Of a stretch of DNA of 64,000 nucleotides, positions 1 to 11,465 are shown piece after piece. A model generated the notes under the pieces. The model made no database searches and was not told the origin of the DNA. It saw only the letters and a program-made list of their open reading frames with translations. This DNA comes from Hydrolagus affinis. Lineage: Eukaryota. The position numbers and the translations under genes were made by a program. The stretch's first letter is position 1. Every line of letters begins with the position of its first letter. The stretch is taken from positions 1-64,000 of the forward strand of contig JAAILG010001014.1 of assembly GCA_012026655.1 (NCBI GenBank), read 5' to 3'.

Positions 1-512
1 TCCCTGGCTGCCTGCCTGCCTCTCTCCCTCTCTCCCTGGCTGCCTGCCTGCCTCTCTCCCTCCCTCCCTCCCTGCCTGCCTCTCTTCCTGTCTGCCTGCC
101 TGCAGGCAGGCAGACAGCAGGCAGGCAGCAAGCACAGCACTGAAGTCCGCTGCTGCTGCTGCTGCCCGGGCGGCCGAGGCCGAAGCCCCGTCACCCGCTC
201 CTCCCAACCCCCGCTGACAGCGCGCGCTCCCAACCCCCGCTGACACTGACCAAACCCCGGCTGACAGCGCGCCGGCCGCCCCTCCTGTTTACTGTATTTA
301 TCTCTCCCTCCCTGGCTGTCTGGCTGCCTGCCTCCCTCTCTCCCTCCCTGCCTGCCTCTCTCTCTCTCCCTACCTACCTGTCTCTCCTGTCTCTCCTCCC
401 TTCTGCCAGCAATATCATTGAAAATGCTTCCGTTTTTTTTTCACCAAGAAAAGGTCAAAAGTGGGGGGGTGCGCCTTATACGCGAGTGCGCCTTGTACGT
501 GGAGATGTACGG
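1..512. mobile_element. Right part of a non-autonomous Tc1/mariner-superfamily (Tc2/pogo-like) DNA transposon with microsatellite-rich interior
   Basis: Ends in GTGCGCCTTATACGCGAGTGCGCCTTGTACGTGGAGATGTACGG followed by TA (513-514), resembling the reverse complement of the CCGTA... termini of Tc2-type elements. The interior is GC-rich with (CTGC)n/(CTCC)n tracts. The left end is outside the window. Confidence 0.55.
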
Positions 513-693
513 TAAGCTTTGCTATAAAAAAAAGTAAAGTTTTCCTATTCAATTACAGACTGCAAAGCTATCTTACCATGATTTATTCTAGTGTGTTCTA
601 TCTAGTCAGACCAGTTGAGTGATACAGACAGGAAAGATTCTCGTTTAGATCTGTGTGGTGTTAGGCTATCTCTGTTGGGGCAATGGTTGGAGC

Positions 694-987
694 ATAATAA
701 TCCTTGCATTTGATAACACTTTTCATGTCTTCTAGATGTCTCAAAGCACTTCACGGAATGTACTGTAAAGTAAATTGACTGTACAGTTGTGGGCAAAACA
801 CGGTAGCCAATTGCGCACAGCAGTGTCACACAAATAGTTGTGAATTGAAATGACAAATTTTTTTTGGAAGAATTATATTAGATGTGTGGAGTAAGGAAAT
901 TTGTCCAAGGTTTCACCCTGCCTGGATTCGAACACAGGTCTCAAACTTGTAAGGCAAGTGCTCTAAGCACTGAGATACTAAACTCCA
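694..987 (-). mobile_element. Full-length tRNA-derived SINE (tRNA-Val-like head, Deu-like body, L2-type tail)
   Basis: Reverse complement of the family seen at 8313-8630, 27306-27610 and 44601-44910: A/B-box head, body, and AAATGCAAGGATTATTA tail. Confidence 0.85.
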
Positions 988-2952
988 CGACAATTGAGCT
1001 TCTGTGCCCAGGATTCAAAGTGGGGGATGGGGGGCAATTACATTCCAATTACTGATCACTATCTAATTACTGCAGTTCTCCGAGGTGAAATAACCTCAAA
1101 TGCTCATAGTCAAGGGGCACACATGAAGAATGACCACTTGGGCGAGGTACCACAGGTTACCCAGCACCAGGCTGTGGAACCAAACCCAAATAATAATGCC
1201 TTTCACAAGGGGAGATTTTCTTTTGTGTACCACGTAATTAACTGTGGTGCAAATGTGAGACACTCTTGCTCTTTTTGCTTCCAATTGGAAAAGGTACACA
1301 GATGTAGAAATCGTGCCCTTGTAATTATGACAGCCATTATGAATAGACCTAAGAATTATACCACTTAAAAGAAAGTCCAATATTCATCCTTTCCTTTCTG
1401 TAAACATAAAGGTGTACGTGAGTTGGGACTCCAGGTGAGCTGGTATGTTGAAGTAGGATGTGGTTTCTGCACACAAAGGTGTTGAAGAAGTTACTCATTC
1501 TCCACCAACAGTTAAGAAATTGATCAAAGGCAGAGCTGCCCTGTGTCCCTCTAGTTTTCAGTCAAACCACAAGCTGGCTGAGCACACCTGTACAGTGGTA
1601 ACATTGTCTAGTCGTTGCTAGATTATTTTTTATATTATTGAATTACCAATGCATGACTTGCATTTTGCAAAGTCCAAAGCGAAACACATCTTGTGAGACA
1701 GCTCGAGGCTCTAATGGATACATTAAGAGTCCATTGTGAACGGTGGATTTAATTAAGGCTACAATAGAAACTAGTCCAACACAGCATTTACGTTAAACCC
1801 AATAATCAGTTGTTGTGTACATTTCTCTTTCTGAATCACTCAGGTGATTGACACATCAAAGAGTTCAGACTATTTTCATTATTTTTGACGGACTATCGAA
1901 AGAAAAAGGATAGACAGCAAGCTGGCTTTGAGTAAGCCTTAGTAATTACGGCCACCTGAAGGTGATCCACCCCTAAAATATAGTTGCAGACTGTTCAAAG
2001 TTTGGTCATTTTTAATAAGTAGGTCTGGCCGAAGAAGAAAATCAAGTTTCAAATTTGAACTGCAAGCGTCCTTAAGGCAAATCAATTTGAGCAAAAACTA
2101 AAAGTCATTTTTATTAAAGCACACAAGGAAACGTTCAGTTAAATGTCATACTTATATTGTTTTTTCATCTTTTTATCCTAGAGCTAAACAGAAGAGGTGG
2201 CATTCTTCTTGCTGCTCAGTGTACTGATGATGACAATGTCTGCTAACAATGGGCACAATCCCATTATAAATGCACATTGTTACTAACACACACGAACAGA
2301 AGAAATTCACCCTTAAGGATTCTTAGTTAAATAAAGGATGAAATTCATCCCCATATTCCTGACCAGTGTCAGACAGAATTGCCCAAGACTTGGGAAGAGA
2401 AATTGTAAATGATAATCAAAGACTATCACTCCGATGTAATACATTTGAAATGACAAATAATCAGACGGAGATGAGGTACATACAGCAGGATTAATATAGG
2501 AGTTACCCGTCACTTTGCATTCTGCTACAAACCTTGCTGGAAAGAACTCCATTAACCTTTATTCCGCTGAATAAACATATTTAAGAATATTTTCCAGTTA
2601 AAATGAAAATATTCAAAATAAACAAACAGCAAACGTTCCGGCTTCATTTGCCGATACAACCCTCCATTATATTTACCCCTGCACCTTTGTGTTGATCGAA
2701 AGAAAGTCAGCCTGTGAACATGAAATTACTCCAACGTAAAAAGATCTACAGTGCAAGAAGCTAAAATGGTTAGCAGATGTCCCAGTAAAATATGAGTCCA
2801 GGTAGTGCCAATTCATTTAAGCTGCTTATAAAATATACCTTTAAAATGCCCAGGGAAAGCAATCTGTTAATGATGCTGCAAGTAATGTCCAAAAAAGAAA
2901 CATCAAGCTAAAAAAGTGTGGAATTAAAATAAACCATAGAGCTAATGATGCA

Positions 2953-3164
2953 AAAAACAAAAGTTGCTGGCGAAACTCAGCAGATCAAACAGCATCCATG
3001 GAGAAAGGAAAAAGAGTCAACGTTTCGGGTCTACACCCTTCGTCAGGAGACCTGAAACGTTGACCCCTTTTCCTTTCTCCATGGATGCTGTTTGACCAGC
3101 TGAGTTTCCCCAGCAACTTTTGTTTTTGTTTCAGATTCCCAGCATCTGTAGTATTTTGTGTTTT
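2953..3164. mobile_element. Palindromic Penelope-type non-autonomous retroelement insertion with 14-bp TSD
   Basis: Inverted arms of about 80 bp (about 2953-3032 and 3048-3127) surround a short loop. An exact direct repeat GAGCTAATGATGCA lies at 2939-2952 and 3165-3178. Confidence 0.75.
3014..3050 (-). ncRNA. Minimal hammerhead-ribozyme-like core (Penelope type), possibly inactive
   Basis: The minus strand reads CUGACGA-A-GGGU-GUAG-ACCC-GAAA-CG-UU: both conserved boxes, a 4-bp stem II and a palindromic AACGUU stem III. Stem I is weak because the inversion junction abuts it. Confidence 0.5.
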
Positions 3165-4954
3165 GAGCTAATGATGCAGTTTTGTTGCAGTGTAGCCACT
3201 GGTGGTGCCCTGCTTTGGAATGATGCTTCCCATGGTTATGAAGGTGGTGCAGTTGCTCCCAGAGGGAACAAGACCCGTCTAAAGACGCTAATTTTCCTCT
3301 CTCGATGTCTATGGAAACCAAACTTAGCAATAGCCCCTAGAAGCTCATTGTAACCTTTTCGAAACGTCCTCTGTACTTTCTTGCATATGCAATCATCCTA
3401 TGTAAATAAAATCTCATGCCAGTTCTACCAGGTGCAAGCTTCAAGTGCTTATTGCTGAGGGCATTATATCACTCCTCAGACTTATTTTTCATTCATTTGT
3501 AACCTCCCATTGAAATGCGAGGGAAAGAATCCTGACAGCTGGATGCACTCTGGATTCAGGCAAGTGATGAACATCAGAGTTTAATTACAGGTTTGTTCAG
3601 GGGTTTAAGTGATTCAGAGTGAAAAGCAAGAAACGAGGAAGATTAATCGCATTCTGTGGACATGAATTCCTAAAATCAACGTTTTAGATTCTTTAGCTGC
3701 CACTCTATGCAAGCATTTTACCCAATTCATAAATCTGAAAAGGAGTAATTTAAAGGGAAAGAGTTTATCCCTGTTTTAATAATATTATCCTTGCATTTGA
3801 TATGGCGCCTATCACGTCAGTAGGACATCTCAAGAGATCTTCACAGGATTCATTGTGAAGTGAAGTCATGGTGTATTTTGTAGATGAACTCTGCCAAATA
3901 ACAGAAAGAACCCAAAAGAGGTTCAACTTTCTCCATTACATTTGGGGTTGGGGTTAACACTCCAGGATGAAGAGTAACTCTAGAACAACAGGCAATGCAT
4001 TGTTCTGTGTGTACATAGCCAGACTTCGTTGGCATCAATATAAGAAATGAAGCATTGCACAAACTTTTGGGACACTGGATCAGAGGGTACACTTGAACCA
4101 GTAACAACATTCCTTTTCTGGTTGCCCAAAAGTACTTGGAGAAATTAACTGTTTCAATGCAGCATTTGATCTTCAAATTGAAACACACAGAGTCATTTGG
4201 CGAAAATAAAAAGCTCCAATGTTTTGTAGAAGTTCTCCAATACATTATTGCTTTAGAATAGATTAGATTAGCTAAGCAGATATAAATAGCTTTTGCAGAT
4301 GTTATGCAGTGGACAACAGAAGCCCACTTTAAAAGCTACAGTAAAAGGATATTCAGCATTTAAAAGGCCTGCAGAATAAATGACCAAAAATCCTTATTAT
4401 TTCAGATAAATGTTGCAATTAGAGCGCTAACTGATGCTTCTCTCTTAAAAGCAGGTTTCCTACCAGCTACAGATTCCAGTCTTTCCCACCACTATTTGCA
4501 TTCATCGTGATTGGTGTTCAGATCCATTCACTCCAACACCAATTCAGCAGCTCACAGAGCTATCTGACACTGCAGACCAACAGCACGGAATAGCACGAGA
4601 ACTCCGGGGCTGATAAAGGCTGGCCTTTATCAGCTTAATTAGCATGGGTAGGCTGTGTGGATAAAATAACATCTTTAAAATAGTAACCTTAAGGGAGAAC
4701 TGGGAGTATTTTAATATTCCAATCTGATAGTCTGCTCATTTACACAATTGCCAGATGATTGAATGCGAAGGCAAGAATAGGCTTCCCACTCTAGAAATTT
4801 CTCAACACGTGCAGTGAAACAGTTACCACTTTCACTCCAAAACAGCTATGCAGAAGGTCAGGAGGCAGAATCTGCCACCTTTTTAATCCAATCACTGGCA
4901 GAAAGACATGTCAGTACTCAGGAGGTCGGAGTGGACACTAAGGTGGAACACCAA

Positions 4955-5135
4955 CAACTACAACAAAATTACACTTGTGTATCGCCTTTCACTGTCCCAA
5001 AGCATTGGACAGTCATTGTTTCAGACCTGAGCTGGGGTTGGGGAAGGGGAGTGTGGAGGGAAAGGGGGAGATTTGGGATGACTAATGGGGCCGTCGAAGA
5101 GGAGGTTCTTGAGGCAGGACTTGAAGGAGGGCAGA
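4955..5135 (-). mobile_element. L2 LINE 3'-end fragment
   Basis: Reverse complement resembles the 3' end of the L2 at 35520-35680 (CTCAAGA...CTCTTCGACGG...tail with TTG repeats). Confidence 0.6.
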
Positions 5136-6622
5136 GAGAGCACCAAATCAACATGTTTATTTGATTTAAGGCTATTTCCACCAGGACTGGGTCCCTGCCA
5201 GAACAATGGAATATTTATTTCAATGTGGAGAATAAATGAACCAAATCTCATCTGATTTGATTTCAAATTGGAAGAGGGGTCCTTACATTCTGACAAGACA
5301 GGCAAGCCAGAGTGAAACTGGTTTGCACACTGAGGTATTGAAATCTTATCTGACTATAGATATGGCAGTATGACACATGGTACTGTAGTGCTTACAGCAC
5401 ACAGGAGGGAAAGTTTTTTTTAGACTATCAGTTTGCCACATCAAAAAAAACAAATAGATCAGAAATGTACAAAATTTGACAAATGAAAATTAAATTCAAA
5501 ATTGCAACCAGTCAGTCAGCAAAATGTAGAGTATACTACATTTTAAGATACAATCAAATGATCGTTCTGTGGTTTATACTTAGGAGAAGGTTTCATAGTT
5601 AGTGGCTGGCTGAATGCTCCAAGGAAATAAAACCGCTTGTAAGGTTGCAATCTAGTCCGGTTTTTGAAGCATCCACAATCACTTCATTTACTGCTCCAGC
5701 AGTTTGCATTGACTGATTTTAGATATGCATATTCGGTAATTTTAATGCTGGAATAGTCACTAACTCATTGAAATAGCGGGCCACACACGCCCGACTGACA
5801 TCTCAGTCACCAAGTGTGAAAGAACACAAAACCTTTGAGCTGTCTGGAAACAACCCGTCCTTGGCATTCTCAGGCCTATCAGTCAGTACAGATGTACAAA
5901 ACTGCTCCATGCATGACAGGATACTCTTGGCGCTTTTTAGAGAGATAGTCCATGGGGAAGGGAGTTATTCTGCAAACATTCAAGAAACAGTTATCACTGC
6001 CCTTTATAATTGCCATATCCTTTGAAGAGGAGACTTGGCAATTTTAAGTGGCTCTCCGCCCATGGAAATCGTAATGGCATCTGAACTCCCACCACACCCT
6101 GCTAGGCTTCATCCCAGGAGAATTACTTGTCTGTGCAACTGGGCATTTTCACACTATCATGTTTCCAAGTACTGTATAGTATTATACACTGCTCTATTTC
6201 TATTTCAGTTATTCTGTATCTTAGAGGCAGTAACCTGATGAGGCAGAGTTTACACAGAATTATGTACTGTACAAAGTACAACAACAAAATGCTTCAGGAA
6301 ATCCCAAATTGACATGTGTGGTACTCCCTCCACTCTAAACATGTCTGCAACACATCCCGCTGCTTTTACAATTTGTTGATTCATAATTGCTGGTAGACTG
6401 CCATCTGAATGTGTACACCGCAAGGTAGAAACTATATAAACAGTAAGACAGTACTTGAAACATGGTTGAACTGTTTAGGGAAATTAGACTTTCAACCCCG
6501 TGTAGCCTGCAAAATGGTTTCCTCCATAACCTTTGCTCTCACTAAGTCTTTCACTAAGATACTGCTAAGAAAATATGAACAAAATGATTAAAAATGGATT
6601 CTTTTGAAAGTACAACTAAATG

Positions 6623-6785
6623 TGGAGGCCTGCAGCTCAGTAGTTAGAGCACTCGTCTTACAAGCGAGAAACCTGGGTTAAATTCCAGGCAACAACAACA
6701 AGAAGAAAATTACACTTGTACAGCACCTTTCACATCAGGAGGACGTCCGAAGTCAGGGCGAAACCTCGGGCAAGTTTCCTTACTC
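6623..6785 (+). mobile_element. SINE 5' head interrupted by an antisense L2-type tail fragment
   Basis: tRNA-like head at about 6623-6690, about 60 bp of inverted tail (ACAACAACAA...GGACGTCC), then the SINE resumes at CAGGGCGAAACC. Confidence 0.65.
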
Positions 6786-7798
6786 CTTTCTGAAGTGCTC
6801 TCCTGAGGTTGTCATTAAGACACATTGCTGGGTAGAGAACACAATTCGTCACTGCTACTGTATTAGAATAACCAGCATTGATGTGCTCAATGGTGACAGT
6901 GGGTGACAAATGTAATCTTTCACTTTTTACTACAGAATCATTTGAAGAGCATACAAATTAACATCAATAGGCAGCCAATGTCAAAGAATCAAACAATATT
7001 AAGCTCTCTCGCAGACTTCAGCAAGGTTTCCCATTGTAAGCTGGTGACAGCATTACAAATGTGTATGGTAGTCTGTGTTGTAAACAATAAGTAATGGCTC
7101 AAACACACAACAGAGAGGTTTGTAACAGCCATCCTAATAAATATTTATTTAACTGACATTCTGGTCATTGCACTTGTAGATATCTGTTTCTTATTCACTC
7201 AAGCTTCATATACTGTACATTGTCCCATGGACTCTTCCTTCTCCCTGTATCCTGTACTGAAATCAAACCTAACACAGTATCGCCTTTCCCAACACCTGCA
7301 AACTGTGGAGCCCCTCACCACCCTCAGTTTTCCATTCTTCACCAAAACATTCTTTCTTGGACCTTCTACTTTTTCTGCTGCTCTCGCCAATTATTCTGGT
7401 GTCTCACTCCTTTGGCCCCAGTACTTTAACTGGGTTCTCAATAAAAGTAAGTATTTGTGCTCTTCTCTCTGTTTTTCCTTTGATCAATCTCCCATCTCTT
7501 GGTTTCTGTTTACTGAGACATCTATCCACTTCAAGCAGTTGCTAATAACTATTTACTTCTAATCAAAGCAACTGAATTACCAGAAAAATTCAAGCTCTTT
7601 CTTCCTCAGAGATCTATACCAATCCATTCATCTATTTTATTTAGTCAGTTAATTTCAGATGAAAAATAAAGAGGAAACACTGATCTTGCAACTTCATAGG
7701 GTATAACTTGATATTATGGGACAGTAGTCCCATATTCAAGCCTCACAGAAGACTTACACGTAGCCCTTTTTAATCACCTTATTTACCGAAGCATACGG

Positions 7799-8031
7799 AT
7801 AATAATTCTTGCATTTGATATAGCGCTTTTCATGTCCTCCAGACGTCTCAAGTGCTTCACAGAATATACGCTAAGTGAATTGACTGTATACGTATGGGTG
7901 AAACGCAACAGCCAATTATGCACAACAGTGTCCCACAAACAGTCATGAATTGAGTGACCAAATTAGTATTGTTGTTTTATTTTCGAGAGATTATCATTAG
8001 GCATGTGGAGTAAGGAAACTTGCCCAAGGTT
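7799..8031 (-). mobile_element. 5'-truncated tRNA-derived SINE
   Basis: Body and tail match the family; the head is missing. Confidence 0.8.
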
Positions 8032-8312
8032 AACAAAGATTAAAAGGATAAGACAAAAAATTAAAACAAACTAAATTTGTGTCGAAAACAAGTTTTATAA
8101 AAATACCAAGGCGATTGGAGACAAACTGTTTGCTATTTGTCCAATTCAGGCAAAATAGCCAACAATATTGCTCAAGATTTTAGTTTTATTCAATAAGGGA
8201 ATGACTCCGGTCATGCGGAAAAAGTTAGCAGTAGATTAACTATTCTTGGGGAAAACACAGAATTATTGTAATTTTCTGGCTAAAATGGAATACATTTTTT
8301 ATCGCCTAATTG

Positions 8313-8630
8313 TGGAGCCCTGTAACTTAGTGGTTAGAGCATTCGCCTTACAAGCGTGAGACCTGTTTTCAAATCCAGGCAGGTCAGCATGAAACCTTTG
8401 GCAAGTTTCCTTACTCCACACGCCTAATAATAACCCCCAACAAAAAAACACAATAATAAAATTGGTCATTTCAATTCACGACTGTTTGTGGGACACCACT
8501 GTGCACAATTGGCTTCCGTGTTTCACCCACAAATATAGAGTCAATTGACTTTACAATATATTCTGTGAAGCGCTTTGAGACGTCTAGAAGACGTGAAAAG
8601 CGCTATATCAAATGCAAGGATTATTATTAT
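8313..8630 (+). mobile_element. Full-length tRNA-derived SINE
   Basis: TGGAGCCCTGTAACTTAGTGGTTAGAGC head, body, and GTGAAAAGCGCTATATCAAATGCAAGGATTATTATTAT tail. Confidence 0.85.
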
Positions 8631-11244
8631 ATCTGCCAACTGCTGCACATTGTAAGAAATCTACATAGGTCCTGCAATAGAAAGGCCAATGTTAACTAAG
8701 TGTTATAGACAAATTCCTTGTCAGAAAGTGAGATTCTTCCTTCATTTATCACCAGCAATGCACTGTAACTGGACGGTTCTTTTTTTATATAAACTTAGCA
8801 CACTGTTCACCCTGCTGTCAAAACAGAATACAAGGGTTACAATGGTGGAAGAAGAAGGGCCATTTAATAGCTTTAAATGAATAATGCACCATGTTATTCC
8901 CCAGCTGAGAAGGGGGGCAACCAGACCATTATAAAGGTCTTTCTGCAGTTAGCTATTTCGAGGTGTATGAGCACAGCCTGTGGCGTTTCACCTCTCCTCA
9001 CTGCTTCAACCTCAGCCCAACGATCCCGCAGTGAATGGCAGCTCTGCCATACAGGGGATAATAAGCACCACACAAAAGACAGTCGGTACACCATAGCTAC
9101 ACCAGAGCCTGAAGTCACCGCATTGCTTAAAATATCACAAGCCTCGCAAAAGGCTCCAAAGCAGACTCTGCATGAACAATCCAGTTATGATATGATTGAA
9201 TAAGCTTTGGACAATCTAGTTCCTTATGTAACAAGCTTGGAACAAAATGGATTATCCTAAACCAATCTAATCCAAGATAAATACTTTCAAGCATTAAAAC
9301 TTTCACATGCTTATCGCAATAATTTAGCAGCGAGAGCAATTCACTCGACAAGGCTGCAACCTCACACACTGAAACTACACCACAACCCTTCTGCTATCTC
9401 AGCCTTCGGGAAAAGAAAATCAATATAATCTGAGGACATGGCATCGCTGCTTTAATGTTATAACTCTAATATTTCTCATCTAAGATTTAACATACAGTAT
9501 AAATTCCCTTCTTTTAAAAAACTTTTTAAAAATCATGTATTAAGTAGATAGCATCAGAGCAGAATTATAAGACCGGATAAGGTTAATAAAATGTGACAAA
9601 TGAACCACAAACCTTAGTTGGGTTGGGGGGAGTGGGTGGGGGAACAGGGCTTAATTGGTTGACAAGGCTTCTTTGAGTATTACTTATGACTAAACAGGTT
9701 TCTTTCATGTAATATACACACAAGGTTTAGGAATGTCAACATTACTCCTCTGGCACTGGAAGAATAATGCCACGTACTCTAGAGCGAGTGAAGGCTTGCC
9801 TGGGAATGATAGCCATTTTATTCACATTACTACAACAGACAAAAGTCCAAGAGACACAACATACTGTGCTGCACACATACTTTTTTAGACTCAGCGATAT
9901 GATGGATAGTCCCTCATGGGACTATTTTGATATTTACCCTATGCTTCAATAGACAGGCATTTCAATATAATTAAATGGGTACTTTAGTCGCTTTGAATTC
10001 TCACCACACTATTAATGGGGGTTGTTACTAATACTGCTGTCATGAACAGACAGATGTTATGAATTAGCCTAACAAACGTTAACCATTTCTGCATCACATT
10101 TTCCAATAGAAAGCGTAAAGGTGCTGGCAGCAACCATTTCTAAATGTGTGCGCAACACAGGGAGAACAGCAGGCGGTACTACCCTTCGTTAACTTGCTGA
10201 TAGTCCTTGTTCCCACAAGGAAGGAACTCTTCTTCAAAAGGTGTCCATCCAGATGAAGTTAACGTGGCATGAAGATGTCCACGTTCCCACAGGATGGGCC
10301 GGCAGATAGACATCTTAAGGAGGAGACAAAATAGACAGCTGGAACATTCATGCTCTCACCAACAAGATTAAGAGAACGACCCCTTTAGCTCTTGGACGTA
10401 CTTCAATATCAGCCAGTTGATGGAAGCTCAATAACACTTCCAGAACACCATTGACTAAAGCTGTCCAGGTCTGCTTGGACAGAGCCTATTTGGGCTAGCG
10501 TAAGCACCAGAGTTCATAGACCTGTATCCTCACCAGAGTGATTTTAGCACTGAGGAGAACATAGTTGGGAAATGTTATCTCACTTCATGTTATACTGGTA
10601 CAATGCTTGGATGGAGCTTCAAAAATAAATTAACTGCTCAATAAATTCAACTGTCATCTACAAATGAGGTTCTTAGTGGATGGAGCTTATTAGTCTTTGG
10701 TCACTTGATTCAGAGAACCACAATGATTTACTCCTTTCCTGATCTGACATGAATTAACGTGGTACAACAAGAAGGTACGGGAGGCTTTCTCTGCGAGTAT
10801 ATGCACATCCTAGAGAAATGACGCAAATAGCCTCAATCTAAAAAGGCAGTTGCCAGGAGGCAATGCTCGTGGGAACCATCCTTGTGCATCATAACCCAAA
10901 GAGAAGACTTAATATGTGCAGAGGATATAGGCACCAGAATCATAGTGAAAACAGCAGAGTGCTTTTCAGCCCAATAATCTTAAAATTGGTCCCTACAGAG
11001 TGTTGCAAATACTGTAATAAAGAATTTAGGATTGCCAAAATACTTTGAAATGACAGGTATGACTCATTATCAGCTGCCTTTGTTTGCCAGCTCATTACAT
11101 TCATGTGGAACAGTTTAGGCTTGTAGAAAGACTCCAACTTCACATTGGGCCACTGGGTTTATTGTACCTGAGTTGTGCTAGCTCCCTATTGGGAATTACT
11201 CTAGTCAGCTGGCTCTAGCCTCCTGAATGTCCTACATGCTCTCC

Positions 11245-11465
11245 ACCAACTGCGGCAATGCTTTCATCCATCTCTCTGCATCAATCCTTCTGCTTTGCCT
11301 CATCCTTTCCGGTCTTCAGATCACGCCTGAAGACCCTCTTCTTTGACCGTGCCTACAGTAACCTCCTCTCTCTCTGCAGTTCAAAGTCAAGCTCCACCAC
11401 TGCTAAATGCTCGGAGACGCTATCCTGCGTGAAGCTCACTATATAAATGCAAGTTGTTGTTGTCG
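11245..11465 (+). mobile_element. L2 LINE 3'-end fragment
   Basis: Encodes FRSRLKTLFF, an L2 ORF2 C-terminal motif, followed by the CTATATAAATGCAAGTTGTTGTTG tail. Confidence 0.7.
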
